Shown: one piece after another, positions 33,033-34,851 of the stretch
How positions within the stretch are numbered: position 1 is the first letter of the stretch
Layout of the letters: the number at the start of each line of letters is the position of its first letter
NCBI RefSeq assembly: GCF_001194135.2
Contig: NC_068984.1
Coordinates: 53,533,144 to 53,567,994, forward strand
DNA length: 34,851 bases
Direction of reading: 5' to 3'
DNA from: Octopus bimaculoides
Taxonomy: Eukaryota
Notes under the pieces: model-generated
Told to the model about the DNA's origin: nothing
Seen by the model: the letters and a program-made list of their open reading frames with translations, nothing else
Databases searched by the model: none
Program-made: the position numbers and the translations under genes

Positions 33033-34280
33033 AGGTTATAATTTGATGCAATTTAGTAGTTGAAATTGACGAAAAGTTGTTGAATTGATGTGACTTGGGG
33101 ACAATTTGACTGCTCTTCCTGGTATGTGAAGATTGGAACTACACAGAAACACCTTCTTGACTTTACTTTCAAATTTTGTGTTTCACATTTCAGACATGCA
33201 TGTTGCTGTTGTTTAACCCTAAGATCTTCCCAAATCAAACAGATTTATGATCAAATTATTGCAGCCACGACAACCAGACTTTTATTTCAAGTAAAACTGC
33301 TAGGTGTGATTTAAAGAAAATTTAGTTGTTATTTTAGCAAGTCGGGCGACTGCTCGGAAAGTCTCTTGTTGATGTACGTGTGTTGTATGTACACTAAATT
33401 CACTTATAAAGCATTTAAGATATAAATTTTGATATAAGAAAACTAATGTAGCTACATACATAGATAAATGTACGGTCTTTTGATATGCATATATAAGTGT
33501 GTATGCACGTGTGTGTGAGTATGTGTGCGCACGCATTTAGGTTTGTATTGATAGATTTAAGTGAATGACGTAAACTCAGTTGGAATAAGGTACGGCTCGT
33601 TAAAGAAATATTGTATAATATTTTAATCGCAACTCATTGTTCAGTCGAGTTTTAACCCATTTGCAGAACTACCTAGACTGTAATAAACTGCTAGATTCTC
33701 GTTTGATATGTTAATTAGATACCATTTCTTTTTCGACATAAAAGTCACATAAAATAACATACTCTAACGTTAATTATTGCATAATTCTGCAAAGGATCAG
33801 CTTCGTGCTTTTCGCACATTCTTTATTTTCTTTTACTATGTGACCTTTATTTACGTATGCTTCCTAAGTTTACGGGAATTTTCATAATGTAAATATATCT
33901 GATTATACACGCTATTATAAAAAAAATTCTCTTTATCTATGAGAATATTTCCTAGAAAAGGTCAGCTGTATAGTCATACAATCTAAACTTGATTTTCAGG
34001 ATGGTTTAGACTGAATGAAAACGTTCATTTTATATATTTAGTACTTATGTACATTTGAAGAAAGCTTTAAATCCCACGAAATATTTAAGATTAGTATTGG
34101 GTCTTTTTAAACGAACACGAGCAGAGTATGTGAATGAGTTCAGTGAACGCTATTACAAATCCTACCGTAGTCCTTAAAGAATTCATATTCTTATTTTTTT
34201 TAATACTTGTTGGGTAGCTTTCATTTTTATAGCTAGATACGTCTTTCGTGAATAGATTTTACAACGACCTTTGCATGTTG

Positions 34281-34466
34281 GTTTCAGATTTTGGCACAAG
34301 GCCAACAATTTCAGGAGAAGGGATAAGTCGATTACATTGACCTCGGTGATGAAATGGATGAAAGGCAAAGTCGGCCTCAGAGGAATTTGAACTCAGAACG
34401 TAAAAACGGATGAAATGCCGCGAAGCATTTTTCCCGGTGGGTTAACGATTCTGCCAGCTCTCCGAC
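34281..34466 (-). mobile_element. SINE family A with an internal deletion
   Basis: The minus head reads GTCGGAGAGCTGGCAGAATCGTTAACC (A box) ...GAGTTCAAATTCC (B box). It lacks the central GTACCAG segment found in the copies at 17866 and 18087. Confidence 0.85.
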
Positions 34467-34551
34467 TTACTGCTTTTACATATTAATTGGTAAATTAAAT
34501 ATGTGTAAAGCCTTGGTTTATTTTATAAAGATATCTCTGAAACGTTTTCCA

Positions 34552-34586
34552 TTCCTCGATGAAGGATATTATCCGAAACGTAGGAA
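34552..34586 (+). ncRNA. Degenerate minimal type I hammerhead-like motif (Penelope-type)
   Basis: UUCC-UCGAUGA-A-GGA(UAUUA)UCC-GAAA-CGUA-GGAA: stem I UUCC/GGAA, stem II GGA/UCC, ACGU palindrome and a GUA site. The core reads UCGAUGA rather than CUGAUGA. Confidence 0.5.
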
Positions 34587-34796
34587 GCTCCCCTAACGAC
34601 ATACGAATTTCAAAAATAATTATCCTCTACTAATTGAAACCGATGCAGCCCACCAATATTTATCCACTCCAAGTTAGAAATTATGAATTCAGTACTGAAG
34701 TGTGTAAAAAGCTTTCTGCTGGAATTTTAAAACACTTTAGTGACTAATATAAACGAATTTTGTTCAAGGCACAGGGGTGATAACTACACGTGTTCT

Positions 34797-34799
<3 letters not shown>

Positions 34800-34851
<52 letters not shown>
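34800..34851. repeat. (CT)n microsatellite at the window end
   Basis: Seen directly. Confidence 0.97.

Overview
This is AT-rich animal genomic DNA from a draft assembly, with 11 N-gaps totalling about 4.0 kb, most of them beside microsatellites. The repeat families (several tRNA-head SINEs, a Helitron-like element, a TTAA MITE) resemble those I recall from Octopus genomes; that is recognition from memory, not a database result. I cannot confidently identify any host protein-coding gene, and most long entries in the ORF track are microsatellite or N-gap artefacts. The window is intronic or intergenic and is full of transposon remains. These include a 5'-complete but 3'-truncated, decayed Tx1/L1-clade LINE (about 5.2-8.4 kb) and a Penelope-like element with an uninterrupted thumb-to-GIY-YIG reading frame (13.1-14.4 kb, minus). 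There are three minimal hammerhead-ribozyme-like motifs, an R4/Dong-type RLE LINE 3' end in a (TAA)n tract, a Merlin-like transposase N-terminus and a mariner C-terminus. There are also a piggyBac-type MITE, a foldback-like modular inverted repeat (29.0-30.35 kb), a ~230-bp palindrome, a hairpin cluster with a pre-miRNA-like stem, and inverted SINE pairs.
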